From Geosiphon pyriformis uo1 (taxonomy: Eukaryota; Fungi; Glomeromycota): 64,000 nt of DNA. The notes beneath the pieces are model-generated. The model searched no databases, was not told where the DNA came from, and saw only the letters and a list, made by a program, of their open reading frames with translations. The translations under genes were made by a program, and so were the position numbers. Below, piece after piece: positions 11,686 to 26,270 of this stretch. The stretch's first letter is position 1. Each line of letters opens with the position of its first letter. The stretch lies in the NCBI GenBank assembly GCA_016748015.1, contig JAAOMT010000009.1, forward strand, positions 2,291,861 to 2,355,860, in the 5' to 3' direction.

Positions 11686-14600
11686 ACAGCCATATTTCTT
11701 TTTAAATTAGAAACCCAAATCAAAACCTCATTATTTAATAAAATCATTCTTAATACTAAATTTATTACAGCCATATATATAGATGCCAAAGTCAATAGCC
11801 ATCTTATTAAGCTAATCTTTAATAGTAGATTAGCAGACAATATAATCACTTAATAATTCATGAACCAATTAGGTCACTGAATTAATTGTGTTGTCAATGC
11901 TAAAATTATCACTGCTAATTAAATGACAAAAATGCTTATTAATAAGATTGATGACTTCCTGTTTGAAGTCAATAGTATTATAACACTCATTAAGGTTTTT
12001 GTTATAAAGACCATACAATACTAAGCTCTTATTAATAATAACTGGTTGTCTAAAACCAATGCTATGCTTAACTGGAATATTTAAAAGCTATAACTCAGTC
12101 AAGATAATCTGCAAATTTAGGTATCTGTTATTTGCAGTTATTTCGAACCAACCATAATATATTCACTAATAGAATTCAAGGAAAAAAAAAAACCTATCTG
12201 AAAAGTTTATCAAGTATTATGAGCTGATAAAGATCACAACAAACTACCACTAATCTAAACCTAAGAAGAAAAGAAAAAAAACAACAACTCCAAGTTATCA
12301 TATTCACTTATATTTAATACACTACTATGCTTCAAAAACAGAGAAATTATTGTCAATCCAAGCTAATATGTGTTAATTGTGATAAAAAATTGTTAACAAT
12401 GGGCACATGTTATGATAATAATAAAGAATAACCAATGGCAACTAAGTACTACTGTTGTTTATATATTTTTGAACATTTTGGATAACTCAAATAACAGAGA
12501 AAATAAGACAAAAAATTATGTTTTGCATGTAAAACAATTTTTTTTAACAAAAAAATATAGAATAATATTTCTGAATAAGAAGGAACCTGTGATAAGTTAT
12601 GTCAATATACAATTTTAATCAATAACTAGATATAAAGAAAAACTTTGATTAATACTACTTGGAAAAAATTACTGTGACAGTTAGAAAGTTATTTACACAA
12701 TAAACATGAAATCTAAAGAATAGCAAGTGTCAAAACTAAAAGTGTTTTATTCAATAAAATACTAAAAATTAAAAATAACTTACTAACACTTTCTGAATCT
12801 GAATTTGTTCTAACTTTGAACTTTGCCAATAATATCATGGACAATTTCAAACAATTTTATGAGCACTATCAAAACTTAGCACTAACTTGTGAAGAATAAG
12901 AGCAAAAACTGAAACAACTAAACATAAAACTATGTAAACATTGCCTAATTTCTAATAATTTCAAATATTATAATAATTGTAACCTCATTTATAATCTACT
13001 ATTATGTATAATTTATTCAATCCTTAAAGAAAAAAAACCAATTAACAAATATGCATTAGAATTAGAATTAAAAATTAATTATGAGTTAAACTCTAACAAT
13101 AATAACAACAACAGTTTTAACTCTGTTTACTATGGCAATAACAGTGACAATTCAAACTCCAATTACAACTTTGAACAATATATTATGCTTTTAAATCTTT
13201 CTATAAAGCAGGAACTAAAATAGTTTAGCAATAATAATGAAAATATTATGCCAGAATGTGTACATAATACTAATGCAGAATTTAATTTTAGATATTCAGA
13301 AAAAACTGCCATCAGATTGGAACTATATTTGCACACTAATATGAATCTGAAAATAGTATTAGAGATTTTGACAACAATAATAGTCCAATTAGTTTCTAGA
13401 TCTAGTTTAGCAAAAAAAAGGATTAATATCAAAGAAAGAATAATTAATACAAGATATATAAAAAATATTATTGCAATACTACAAAACAATTTAGAAAAAA
13501 GATATATAATTAAACCAAAAAAAAAATAACACAAACAATATTCCTGTTTCTGATTAAAATAACCCAGTTAGTTTTAGTAGAAACAAAAAAAAAGTTAAGA
13601 ATTACAACAAGAGGGATAAAGTAATTCGGATTAATAGATAGAATAGATATATTGGTTAATATGATGGAAAAAAAAATAGTTAATATAAGAGAAATTATTT
13701 CTACTAATCAATTAATTTTTATTCTATTATATAATCAATATATAGTAGTTATAAAAAGAAAGATAAAAAATTAACTCCAAATTTTTGAAGTGGAAACAAA
13801 TATTTGTTAATTAGAAAAGATTGCTATTACCAATCTCTATATACTAGTCAAAAACAACAAACACATTAAAATTTTAATATACAACATAACTGAAGACTTA
13901 ATTGAAATACCAAACAGAATCATTATGGAATATTTGAGCACTAAGATTAACAATTAAACACCAACCACCATTTAAGATTTTTCACAACTTTGTGAATATG
14001 TAAATATTATATCACAAATAATATATAGATGAGAAAAATATTATTTGCTCCAGTCAAAACAATTGAAACAAATAAACTTGGGAAACTTAGACCCATTTTA
14101 ATGTATACAACTCAAAATACTACTTAACAACTTTACTAATATCTTTGTTAGTAAAAATGAATTCAACAGAACTGATATTATTTAACACCAAATTAAAACT
14201 AAAGATGCAATGCCAATCAAACAAAGAGCATACAAAATACTACCAGCCAGTCATAAAATTATCTAATAAGAATCAACAGAATATTAGACAATAAGTTAAT
14301 TCAACTATCAATAAATTTATGATCATTATTAATAGTACTTATTTATAAAAAGAATGGAAAGATCCACTTTTGTATGGACTATCAAAAACTCAATAGTATT
14401 ACTCCTGAAGACAGCTATTTAACTTCACAGATTCAAAAATTATTCAATGATTTCAGAAGAAAAAAATGGTTTTTAACATTAGACTTAGATAGTATTTACT
14501 AGCAGATAGCCATAAATTTAGCCAACAAAGAGAAGACAGTATTTACAACTAAAGAAAAGAATTTTGAATTTAATGTTATATTATTTGGCTTAACCAATGC

Positions 14601-17600
14601 TTCAGTCATCTTTCAATGACTTATAGAAATTGTCTACACTAGACTACTATAAAAATTAGTAGTAATCTACTTAAATAACACCAATGTGTTCTTAAAAACA
14701 TTCAATGACTATCTCTATTATCTTTAACAAGTATTTGAAAGACTAAAAAAAGCTGGATTAAAGTTAAATACAACCAAATACTTTTTTAGAAAAATTAAAC
14801 TCAAGTTTTTGGAACATGTCATAAACAAAAATAACATCAAAACAAACCCAAACAAAATTAAAATAGTTAAAAACTTTTCAATACCAACTAACTTGACAAA
14901 ACTAAGAGCATTCTTGGGATTTACAGAATACTATTGCTGTTTTATCCAAAATTTTTCCAAACTGGTGTAATTATTTTACCAGTTCCAAGCAAAAAATGTA
15001 AAATATAAATGGGCTAAAACCCAACAAAAAGCTTTTAATATCTTAAAAAGAAAACTTATTTAAGCTCCAGTACTAATTTATTCAGATTACAACAAATCAT
15101 TTATTATCATTATTAATGCATTCAGCCAAGCATTAAGAGCTGTATTATCACAAAAAGAAACAAATACACAAAAACATTTAGTAATATATATCAGCCAAAG
15201 TTTAAGTTCAGCCAAAAAAAACTATAAAACTCTATTAGAATACTTAATTATCTATTAAACTGTTATCAAATAAAAAAAATACTTAAACCAAAAGTTTGAT
15301 GTATATACTAATCACAAAAAATTGACATCAATTCAGAAGTAAAAATTTGGAGACAATTGTTATACAAGATAGAAAATAGAATTATCACTATTTAATTATA
15401 CTATACATTATAAAAAAGAAAAAAAAAATAAAAATGCCAACAGTTTATTATAAATAAAACAAATCTAAGAATATTTCAACCCAAAAATATCACATAAAAA
15501 TAAACACAAAAAAATATTAATAACTTTAATATTATATTAATACTTAACAGTTTAAGAAGAAATTATCTCAAAAAAAACAAAACAACATAAAACAACAAGC
15601 AAAATATTTTATTACTTACCAAAATATATTATATTGAAAAAACAAAAAATACTTAAATTAGCCATTTAAAGTAATTACAGAACCAGAAAAAGAAACAATA
15701 CTGTTCAATATGTATTCAGATTTAATAACAAGACATTTTTATAAAGAAGCAATCATAAAAAGAACAAAAAAAAAATATTATTGGCCATCTATGTATTCAA
15801 ATATTATCTAATATATCTAAAATTGTGATGCTTGTCAAAGAAGAGAAATTAAATTCAGTAAACTACTAAGACTAATTAAAATGAAACAACTATTTGATTG
15901 AATTAAAATTGACTTAGTTGGATCATTAACAATAATTATCAAAAGCAATTATTACATAGTAGTAGTCATAGACTATCTCATAAAATAGCCAGAAATGAAA
16001 GCAATTTAAAGAGCAAATACAGAATTTATAGCCAAATTCATACACCAAGATTTAATTTGTCAACATAGATGTTCAAAAAAATTATTATTAGATCAAGAAA
16101 CTCACTTTGTAAACAGAATATTAATAGAATTAAATCAAAAATTTGGAATTAAAAAACTATTATCATCATCATATTATTTACAAATAAATAACTTTATTAA
16201 AAAGTTTAATAGAATATTGTGTAAAATAATCGCCAAGATCAGCCAAAAAAACCAAAATAAATGGGATTTGTTTATATTATCAGTATTATTTGCTTATTAA
16301 ACAATGAAACAAAATACTATACAAGCAACATTATTTGAATTTGTTTATAGTAGAACAGTAATATTACTAGTAGAAATAAATATTAACACATATCTAACAA
16401 AACCAATAACAGAAGTCAACTTCCAAAGAATATTGCTAAAAAAAACATATAACTTAATGAAAACTTTAAAAAACAAAAGACAAAAACAGTTGATAACATA
16501 CAAAAATCACAAGCAAAACAAAAAAAGCAACATAATAATTAATTACCAAATAAACCAGTCGAATTTAGAATTGGAAACAAAATATTTTTGCATTATACCA
16601 AAGCAAAAAAACAATGGAGTGGAAAATTCAATTCCAAATGAGATAGATTATTTTACATTAAAAAAATTCTAGGAAATAGAGCTTATAAACTAAGATAGAA
16701 CAACAAAATCTTAATTAAAACAGCACATAGAGATTGATTAAACCATATCACAATATAGTATTATTATTTACCAGTAATATTTTACAACTGGGAGTACAAT
16801 GAATACTAGTCTAATCAGATAAAATTCTATAAGATCTAGAATTATCATAATTATCAACACAAATACATTAAATTAATAGAAAAGAAAAGTATATAAAAAC
16901 CAAAAACACATAACAAAAACAAACAAAAAAATTAAAATTACTGACAATATCTACTTATTTGTATAACAACTGTTTCAACTAATCCAATACTAATAATTAA
17001 ACATAGAAATTACAATTAATCAACAAATTATTCAGTACAAAAATAGAGAAAAAAAGCCAAAACACCAATACAAAAGACATAACAAATTAAAAAACATAGT
17101 AGATAATATATTAGCAAAAGTAAGATTAGCAGTAGAAATACCAAGAACAATAATATTATATAAGAAATTAATAGAAGAAATTAATAAAAGAAAACTAGAA
17201 ATAATAGACACAACAATTTTCAAGAAACTTTTGCTATTATTACTTGGAACAAAATCTTAATATTTAAAATTTGTATACTAACAATACAAAATAATTGTTT
17301 GATATAACAATATTGTATTAACTTGAACAATTTGTAAAAAAAAACAACCTATTCACACAAACACAAATTATATACCAGTTATAAACAAGATTTTAAAACT
17401 GATCAGAAATACTATTGTATCTAATAATAAATACAATAATCATTAATCAATTAAGAAAGATTACCAATATCTAATTCAAAGAATTACAGATCAAAATTTT
17501 CCAAGTAATTCTTGAAAAAAAAGTTAAAGAGTTAATCCAAGAAGAGAAGTTAAAAAATTAGGAAATTTTGATAGAGCTTAATATTAAAAAAAGAGAATAA

Positions 17601-18419
17601 TATTATTTATAAAAATTTAAGAATTATTAATAAGAAGATAAAGTAGCCAATTAAAAATAGGTATAGTAAAAGAAAAATTTTAGGATTTCTTTTGAGAAAT
17701 TACAAGATTTTAGGAATTTCAGAATTTTTGATTAGAAGAATTAAAAAAATTTAAGGAATTTTATATAATATTAATTATGTGTATATAATGAGAATATTAA
17801 AAGCAGAAAAAACAGAATTCAATTCAGAATTAATATAAACAATAAATTAATTATTTAATATCCTTTTTTTCAAAAAGTAGTTTTTTATAACTTAAAGTGA
17901 AATCAAATTATATATCAATAAAATATTTATTATTCCCTAAATTTATAGTATTATTGCTTGATTAAAAAGTATTAATTACTTCTATTCTATCAATACTCTA
18001 TGTTAATAGAATCTAATACTTAATTATACTAGATCAATAGCTCTTGATTATAACTATTAACAGAATACTAATTCCTTATTTTTTTTATTTTATTTGTTGT
18101 TTACTAATTAATTAAAAAATTAACATATGGAGTTATTAATATTAAGAAGTACTGATAAAAAACCCAAAAACAAGAATAAAAACTCAGAATTTGAGAATAG
18201 CTTACAAGAAATTAGCCATCAAGCTAAAAAAGAAATTCACAGAATAAGCTTCTAGAAAAGTATTGAAACAATCATTAAATATCTGTTTATTATACAAAAA
18301 ACTTAACTAAAATCTTCAAATCACAAAAATCTTTAGATTTTACCAATATTATTAAGCTATTGAGTACCAAGTTATGAATTTGTTATTTGTACCAACACTC
18401 CAAATAATCACCTGTAACA
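11686..18419 (+). mobile_element. Heavily decayed Ty3/Gypsy B-type copy B2 (protease to 3' LTR)
   Basis: Collinear with B1 and B3: protease about 11750-12100, dUTPase 13248-13630, RT about 14200-15000, RNase H stop 15466-15468, integrase about 15500-16875, ORF3 about 16900-17590. Confidence 0.9.
17601..18419 (+). repeat. 3' LTR of B2
   Basis: Follows purine tract AAAAAAAGAGAATAA. Decayed start TATTATTTATA. Ends CACCTGTAACA at 18419. Confidence 0.8.
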
Positions 18420-19616
18420 ATGTCTATTTTTTTTTGAAAAAAAGATTTTTTTTGTTTTACAATTAATAATTGAATTTCAGATGATTTATTCTTAAAAAAC
18501 TTTTGTACTTCTTTTATTTTTTCTTTTAGTATTAAATTGATTGGTTCCCAATATTTTTAATAGATTAAACAAAACTTGTATTTGTTATTAAAAAAATACA
18601 ATAGTTTATTACACTATTATTGAGCATAAAAATTATGCTACTAATAATTATATTTGGATTTCTTGCCAGGTTTTTGGTCAAAGATTTTTCTGAATATGTT
18701 ATAATAAGACCAACAAATTATTTTGTCATTTACAATAATTTTTTTTTGTTTGTTTTGACATTATTTAATAATTTGTTATTGCTGATAAAGATAGTATAAG
18801 CAAGTTCAGTAGTTTTTTTTTGTTCATTTTCATCAGTTTTTTTATTATTTGATTTATTTAATTGTTCTTTTTTTTGGCTTTGCTTAAATATTAAACAAGT
18901 TGTTCAATAGTGACACTTAACTACAATAAAGTTTTCACTATATTTGATGATTAATTCATATAGCTTATAGTCAAATAAGACTTTGGTCTTTTTAAGCTAT
19001 TTATTGCCAATAATTATAGTGTATTTTTTAACTTCAAATATTTTTATATCAGTTTAAATGTTAATACTATTAATGCAAACAGAAACAGCTTTGGCAATAT
19101 TTAGACTTTTTTTCTTATTTTTATGTATATTGATTATTGATTAAGTAGAAAGTTCATTAATTTTTTTGCCAATTGCTTCAAGAAAGTGTTTGGCAATAAT
19201 GCTAACAGATAATCTACTGTTTAGAATTAAATTAATAAAATAACCAGCCACTTGGGCTTTACAAATTAGAAGAGTAATATTGCTATTTTTAGCAAATTTA
19301 GCTTAATAAAAGCATTTGTTGGTTTTTGGTGTCTTTTTCTTTAAGATTAATAATTTGTAAAGATTTTTTCTAAATTGTAAATGAGTTATTAACTGGTTAA
19401 AAGTAATATGAACTGGGATTTTTATAAGATTTTTAACAACAAAATAAGATTTAAATTTTTGTACAATTTCTGAAGGTTCCAATTTTGGAGAATTCTTAAA
19501 AACTTTAGCCTTTAATGGCTTATTATTATTAGCAGTTGATGTGAAAGCTTTATTAAGTTCTAGAACGAAATCAATCTTGGCTTTTTTTTTTCTTGTAAAT
19601 TCAGAAAAATTAATGG
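18420..19616 (-). pseudogene. Family C Gypsy fragment C1 (pre-protease, protease and acidic region)
   Basis: RKKKAKIDFVLELNKA...KVFKNSPKLEPSEIVQK matches ORF 62993-64000. Nucleotide homology continues through the protease. Confidence 0.88.
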
Positions 19617-20586
19617 TATTACCAGAGGTTTTTGGTCTCTTTTCTTGAATGTTGTAAATGTCTGTTGGTTGCAAATTCATGTTTTCTAGAAGTAGTTAAA
19701 CCTTCAATAACTGAATTTATCTTCAAATTATCTTCTATAATTTGAACTTACCAGGCTTATAAGTGGAATGGACAATTCCTTGCCAGTTACTTTATGTAGT
19801 TACATTGTAGTAAATGTTAACTCTTTCCCAGGAATTGCTCATCTGGAAGCTTACTAAAAATGTGTAGTTACTTTGCTGTGAAAGTCAACTCTTCTACAGG
19901 AATTTTGTCTGTAGGCTACCCTAATGATTATAATAAGAAAATAAAAGAAAAGTGAAAGAAATGTAAAAGAAATTGAATTCTGTCAAGAGAAACGTTTTCT
20001 ATTCAGGCCTAAAGTCACTAACAGTTTACTGAAATTGGTAGCTAATCAATTCAAAACGTTAGTTGGGTTTTGGGGGTTTTTCAAGTACAATAATTAAAGA
20101 ATTTGGTTTTTCAAATTATTTGATATTTATTTCTTTTTGTGTGTATAGGAATGGTTCTAAGTGATAAATCTAAAGTAAGATACATTTTCTTAAAGAGAAA
20201 AGCTTTTTTTTTATACAACTTGTTGTAGTACTAGTCTATGAACTTGCACTTTTTCTTTTTGCTCATATTTCGGCAAACTAAAGATACATTTTGATGGACT
20301 ACAAGTTATTTTGCTGAACTATTGATTAATTTGGGTGAACTATTCATAATTTCGGCAAATTTCTATAAATTTCGGCGAATTTCTGAATATTACAAAGTTC
20401 AGAGTATTGTGTAATTTGATCATCCTACTTTTTGTTATACTAATTGGATTATTTAATTGAATCGTGATATGTAATAATTGATTAAATAATAAATCATAAT
20501 TTGAAATAATATTAATATACTAATTAATTATAGGGATTATAAAGGTAATTTTATGCTAATTAATAGCTAAAATTCTATTGGTAACA
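19617..20586 (-). repeat. 3' LTR of A2
   Basis: Homologous to the other A LTRs. Preceded on the minus strand by PPT GAAGAGAAGATTA. Confidence 0.92.
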
Positions 20587-21273
20587 TAATCTTCTCTTCA
20601 AGACTAAGCTCTGTCAAAGTCCAAACACTATCTGTAATATTGAGATAGTGATTCAAAATAATTGAAGTAATCTGGTCTGAAAATTGTTGAAATTTTAGTT
20701 CTGTGAGTTTGCCAATGTATTGGACTTTCATTGGTTGCAGTATTAAATTTTGTAGAACATTTTCACAAGTATTAAACAAATCATAAAGTCTAAAAGCTGT
20801 TCTAAGTTTGTAGTGAGTGTTTGTTGGTCCAGCTGCTGTTTTGAATTCATTATAAATTTGTTTTTGTATAGCTTTAGGAGTGAGATTTGTTGTTTCAAGT
20901 TTCAGTTTTTGTTTATAAAGTGTCTTTCCAATGTGAAAGTATTTATAGATAGGAGTGTGTTCATTGTTCTGTTTATTAAGAAGTAGTAGAAGTTTTTGTT
21001 GTATTGTAGTATTTAGTGGAATGTCAATAGGGGCAATTAAAAAATTTTCTTCCAGTGCTTGCTTCAAAAGTCTTGGTAACCTATTTTCAGAATGACTTCT
21101 TGTTTTTTTCTATAGAGGTAATAGTTCTGTAAATGATTTACTACTGGGGCTGTGGTTTCTTTCTGAATGTAATTAATTTGACTTCCATTAATTGTTATGG
21201 ATAAGTCAGAAAGTGTTTTCAAGACTAACATTAACTTTTGAGATATTTGTTGAATATTTCGAGAAATAATCAT
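20567..21273 (-). pseudogene. ORF3 of A2 (unknown protein, about 235 aa, one frameshift in an A-run)
   Basis: ORFs 21064-21273 and 20567-21067. This junction is a single frame in A3. Confidence 0.8.
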
Positions 21274-21419
21274 GATAAAATTGACTAATTATAAAAAGAG
21301 AGAATAAAAAAAATTATTTTTGGATATGGAGTTTTTATTTGTTTTTGGGTTTGGGTGTTTTTTGTAATTATTTACTATTTTTTTTTCTTTGTGTTTTTAT
21401 TAAAGAATTATTGTAAAAT

Positions 21420-22805
21420 TTAAGTATTCAAGTTTGGTTGTTGTTTTATTATAATTATTGGTTCTAAATTTCAAGGAATATCTTCAGAATTAATTAAAGG
21501 GGAATGTGTACCAATTTGTGGAATTAATGGTTCAAGATTGTTTCTGGAATGATAGTGTTTCAATCTGTTTCCATGTGCAATTTTTGCTAGTATTTTGTTA
21601 TCAAGTCTTAATTTGTATGATCCATTGCCTAGAATTTTATGAATATAAAATAGTTCATCTCATTTGTTTTCAAATTTCCCACTTCATTGTTTTTTAGTCT
21701 TAGTTCTGTGTAAAAGAACTTTATTTTCAACATTAAATTCATTGGTAATAAGTGGTAATTTGTTGTCATGTTTTTCTTTTTGTTGAGCTTGGAAATGTTT
21801 AATATGAGTTGCTGCTATTCTTTTTTTTCCTTCCAGTGTACTAAGAAGAGTGTAGGCCCTTTTTTGGAGTGTTTTTTGAAAGTTTTCTTCATTAATTGGT
21901 TGCACAGGATATGTTTCTACTGTGAAATTAATTGGTAATGTTGCTGTTCTTCCATAAGTAAGGTCAAATAGTGTGTGTTTTGTAGTATTTTGTTTTAGTG
22001 TTCTGTATGCTAGTAACACTGATGGAATAAAAATATCCCATTTTTGCTCAAAATCTGTTGAGACTTTGGCCAACAATTCACACAATGTTCTGTTGAACTA
22101 TTCTACAAGTCCATTTGTTTGAGAGTGATAAGACAATGATAGAGGTCTTTTAATATTGAATCATTCACAAATTTTTTGTATCAAGTTGTTCACAAAATGT
22201 GTTTTTTGATCAGATAAAAGTTCAATTAGACATCCATGTTTACAAATAATGTCTTCATAGATGAAATTTGCTACTGATTTTGCATTTGCTCTTTAGATGG
22301 CTCTAGTTTCAGGCCATTTGGTAAGATAATCTACTGCTATTACAATATAGCAATTTCCTTGGGTTGTGATAGGTAATGGTCCAACTAAATCAATTCCAAC
22401 TCTGTCAAACAGTTGTCCAACTTTGATTGAATTTAAAGGTTCTGTGGGGCAAGTTCTATCTCTTCTTTAACAACTATTACAAGATTCTACATATTGTTGA
22501 ATGTTTTTTTGCATGTGAGACCAAAAATAATGTTCAAAAGTTCTTTGAATTGTTCCATCTCTTCCCAAGTGTGCTAAAGATGGATCTGTGTGCATGTTAT
22601 ATAAAATTGTTTCTTTTTCATTTTTCTGTACTAATCTGAGTAGTTGGTTTGGGTTTTTATGATTTTTGTAATAAATTTTGTTGTGGTATATAAAATATTG
22701 TTTGGATTGGTGTTGTAATCGATGTTTTTCACTTGGGAACCAATTTTCTGGCATGGTGAGAGTTTCCAAATAGTTTTTGATGTTGTTGTAGTTTTCTGGA
22801 TCTAT
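21420..22805 (-). pseudogene. Stand-alone integrase ORF of A2
   Basis: HHCC region (MHTDPSLAHLG...CNSC), core domain and LAYRT...LTYGR. ORFs 22467-22769 and 21684-22085. Confidence 0.9.
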
Positions 22806-22861
22806 TGTTGTTGATTTTGTTGTTTGTTCTACTGTTAAGTTTATTGGTGTTAATGTTGGTA

Positions 22862-24710
22862 TTAATATTGTTTCATTCTTGAGAGGCTGTCAACATTAGT
22901 GTGTATTTTTCCTGGTTTGTGGTGTACAATATATTTGTAGTCTGCTAAGAAGTCATTCCATTGAGACTGTTTGACACTTTGTTCAGTTTTCTTTTTATTG
23001 AGCCATTTGAAACTGATATTGTCAGTTATGATGTCAAATTCTTTTCCATTCTTCAGATATTGTTGAAAATGTTTAAGAGCCCAGATGATTGTGGCAGCTT
23101 TTAATTCAGTTGAGCCATATTTTAGTTTTGTTGATTTGAGTGTTTTATTAGCATAGGTGATGACTTGTTCTTGTCTATTTTCATCCAATTGTAATAAGAT
23201 GACACTAAATGCTATATGTGAAGCATTAGTGGTTAATTGGAACTGTTTGTTGAAGTCTGAGTAAGCAAGAACTGGGACTGTTGTCAATTTTGTTTTGAGA
23301 GTTTCAAAAGCTTTTTGTTGTTCTTCAGTCCATTTGTATGGCACGTTTTTGTTGGTAAAATAATTGAGTGGTTTGACAATTTCTGAGAATTTTTTTATAA
23401 ATTTTTAATAGTAAGAGGCTAATTCTACAAATCCTCTTAGTTCTGTGGTATTTTTGGGAGTTTGAAAGTTTTTGACAGCATTGATTGTTACTGGATTTGG
23501 TTTGACTCCATCTTTATTAACTATGTGTCCAAAAAAAATTAAGCTTGTTTTTCCAAAGTGACATTTTTCAATGTTTAACTTTAATCCTGCTTTCCATAAT
23601 CATTGAAAAACTTCTCACAAGTGAATGAGGTGAACTTCAAAGCTTGGTGAGTATACATCAGTGTTATCAAGATAGACAATTATTGATTGTCATAAAAGCC
23701 CTTCATATACAACATCTATGAGTTGCTGAAATGTTGCTGGTGCATTGCAGAGTCCAAAAAACATAATATTGAACTTATAGTTTCCTTCTTGAGTGGTAAA
23801 TGCTGTTTTGGATGGGTCTTTTGGGTCCATTTCGACTTGTCAGTATCCACTTTCCAAGTCCAAAGTTGAGAAGAACTTGGCTTTTTCTAAAGCATCTAAC
23901 ATGTCATTAATTCTTGGAAGAGAGTAGATATCTTCAATTGTCATACTGTTTAATTGGCAATAGTTAACACAAAATCTGATTTTTCCATTTTTCTTTTTGA
24001 CAAGGACTACTGGTGAGGCCCAAAAACTTCTTAATGGTTGAATTAATCCGTTATTGAGCATTCTCTGGACTTCTTCTCTAATGAATTGGTGGCTGGCAGG
24101 TAACACTTTGTAAGCTTGCTGATGTTTTGGTGGAGCATCTTCTGTATGGATCTGATGTTAAATCATATCCGTTTTTCCCAGATCATTGTTGTCTTTTGCA
24201 AATATATCTGCAAATTCAGCTATCAATTGTTTCAATTGTCTTTGTTGTTGAAGTTCTAAAGAACTCATGTTGATTTAAGAGAGTTTTTTTTCCAAAAAGT
24301 GGTAGTTTTCAGTAATGGAAATGATATTTGGATTTGGGAATAGAGTGTGCCTTACAATTTCGATGAAATTAGAGACAATTTGAGGGTTTTTATCTTGAAA
24401 AATATTGCTGTGTATGATTCCAATCTCTAATTTGTTTAATAAAACAATAGGGTAATTATTGGAATTGTAGAATATAACTTGAAATTTTTTCATTCCTTTG
24501 GGAATATAAACATTTGAAATTGAGATTTTATGCTTCAAACAGATTTGTTTATTGGATTCAAAGATTTGTTAGATAGTAGTGAGTTTTGAGCAAGTGTAAA
24601 TTTCGTGATGTTCTCCAAAAGATGAAATGGTAATTGGTTGGGGAAGTTGAAAAATCTGGTAAGATTTATTTTGTATTTTAAGGGCTATGTTTACTGGAAC
24701 TGTAAATCAT
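22862..24710 (-). pseudogene. pol: RT and RNase H of A2
   Basis: WASPVVLVKKKNGKIRFCVNY, STLDLESGY, YLDN. RNase H ends HKPGKIHTNVDSLSRMKQY*. Confidence 0.92.
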
Positions 24711-25573
24711 TGTTACAGATAACTATTTCTGGTGTTGGATTAAATAACAAATCTGTAACTTGGTGCTTAAATCTAGTTGCAGTTAATAGTGATCTGAAGG
24801 TTTGTGTTTGAAAGGTTTGTATCCAAAGAGTTTGGTTGAGTTCTTTGTATAATGGACAAAGATTCAATGGTAATAGTTTTATCCATAGCTTTCCGAAACC
24901 GCAGTTTCGTCAATTTTTTTCTCAGCTTGATAGCCGGTATTTCTCCTGGTAAGCTATCCTCAATTGAGTGTTCTACCCTTATTTCTGGGTCTTTTACCAG
25001 TCATGTTTATTCTGACATTAGTACTCTGCACGTTAATTCTCAATAGAGTTAGTAAACAACAATAAAATTAAGGCAAGAAATAAAGAAAAGAAAAGAAAAT
25101 AAAGAAAGAAAAGAAATAAGCCAAGGCAATTTGCAAGTTAGTATTCCATCAATAGCCATGATTAAGAGCTATTGTTCCAGTGTGGTTAAGTATCAATTAC
25201 TATCAACATGAAGTGTTGATAGTGGCAGTGGGTTTGAAATAACAAACAGTTATTTATTTGTGGTTTGGAAAGTTGTCTAGATAAAATCTAAATTGAGAGG
25301 TCTGTCTTTTTAGCTTCTAATCCTACTGCTATATATACATAATTGAGATTCCTCAATTCCTCAATTCTTTACAACAGAAATCCTGAGATTCCTGCAATTC
25401 CTTTGAGAGGAATTCTGGAATTCTGGAATCCTGCGATTTCTTGTGAAAATTCTGTAATTTCTGGAATTCTGCAATTCTTGAGAGGAATCCTGGAATTCCA
25501 CATTTTACTACGTCTACTTTTGATTGGTTAATAACTATGCTAATATATATTCCCTATATTTCTATGAGTAACA
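24711..25573 (-). repeat. 3' LTR of B1
   Basis: TGTTACAGAT...GAGTAACA. Direct repeat of 34014-34885. Confidence 0.95.
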
Positions 25574-25586
25574 TTATTCCTTCCTT

Positions 25587-26246
25587 TTAATATTGAGCTT
25601 CATCAAAATCTAACTCTGTTAATTCCCTTTCTTGAAGTATTTCCTGAATTTCATTTTCAAGAATTACTTGTGTTATTTGAGTCTGTAATTCTTCAAATTG
25701 AGTATTAGTGAGCTTTTTTAATTGATTACTGGTAATCATATCCATTGCTTTGTTGAATAAAATTTCTGGTCGATCCTGAAATGCTGTGTGTATTTGGTAT
25801 ATGGCTCAGGTCTGTGTGAATAAGTTGTTCTTTCTCACAAAATGTTCTAATTGTTGTAGTATTCTTATGTTGAATAATTGCTTTGTTTTATCCATATATA
25901 GATTCTAGATATTCATGTGTTGTCCCAAGTAAAAATAACAATAGTTTCTTGGAAATTGTTGTATCCACCAATTCCAAGTTCCTTTAATCAACTCTTGGTA
26001 TAATGACTCTTTTGTCAACTTTTTTATTGCTAATTTTACTTTTGCAATAATTTTGTTAATAATATTTTCTGTTTTCTTCTATGTTCTATGTGACAATGTT
26101 TTTTTAGTGTCTTGATATCAGATGGTTTGTTGATTAATTGTAATTTCCATCTCTTGGTGTTGAATCAATTGAAAGAATTGTTGTGTTAGTGAATAGATGT
26201 TGTCTGTAATTTCTATTTTTCTGATATTTCTTGTTGCATCTACCAT
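25587..26246 (-). pseudogene. ORF3 of B1 (unknown protein, homologous to family A ORF3)
   Basis: Manual translation MVDATRNIRKIEITDNIYSLTQQFFQLIQHQEMEITINQQTI... and ...IHTAFQDRPEILFNKAMDMITSNQLKKLTNTQFEELQTQITQVIL. Contains stops and frameshifts. Confidence 0.68.
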
Positions 26247-26270
26247 GTTTTTATATATTCTTTTGATGGA

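Larger units (their letters stand above)
19617..24710 (-). mobile_element. Family A copy A2, 3' half (RT, RNase H, integrase, ORF3, 3' LTR)
   Basis: Collinear with A3 49204-54524. Cut at 24710 by the B1 LTR. Confidence 0.93.

Noticed and set aside
19303-19680. 125-aa ORF as a novel LTR-fusion gene
   Set aside because: Chance read-through from the A2 LTR end into the decayed C1 fragment. It stops early and has no support as a functional gene.
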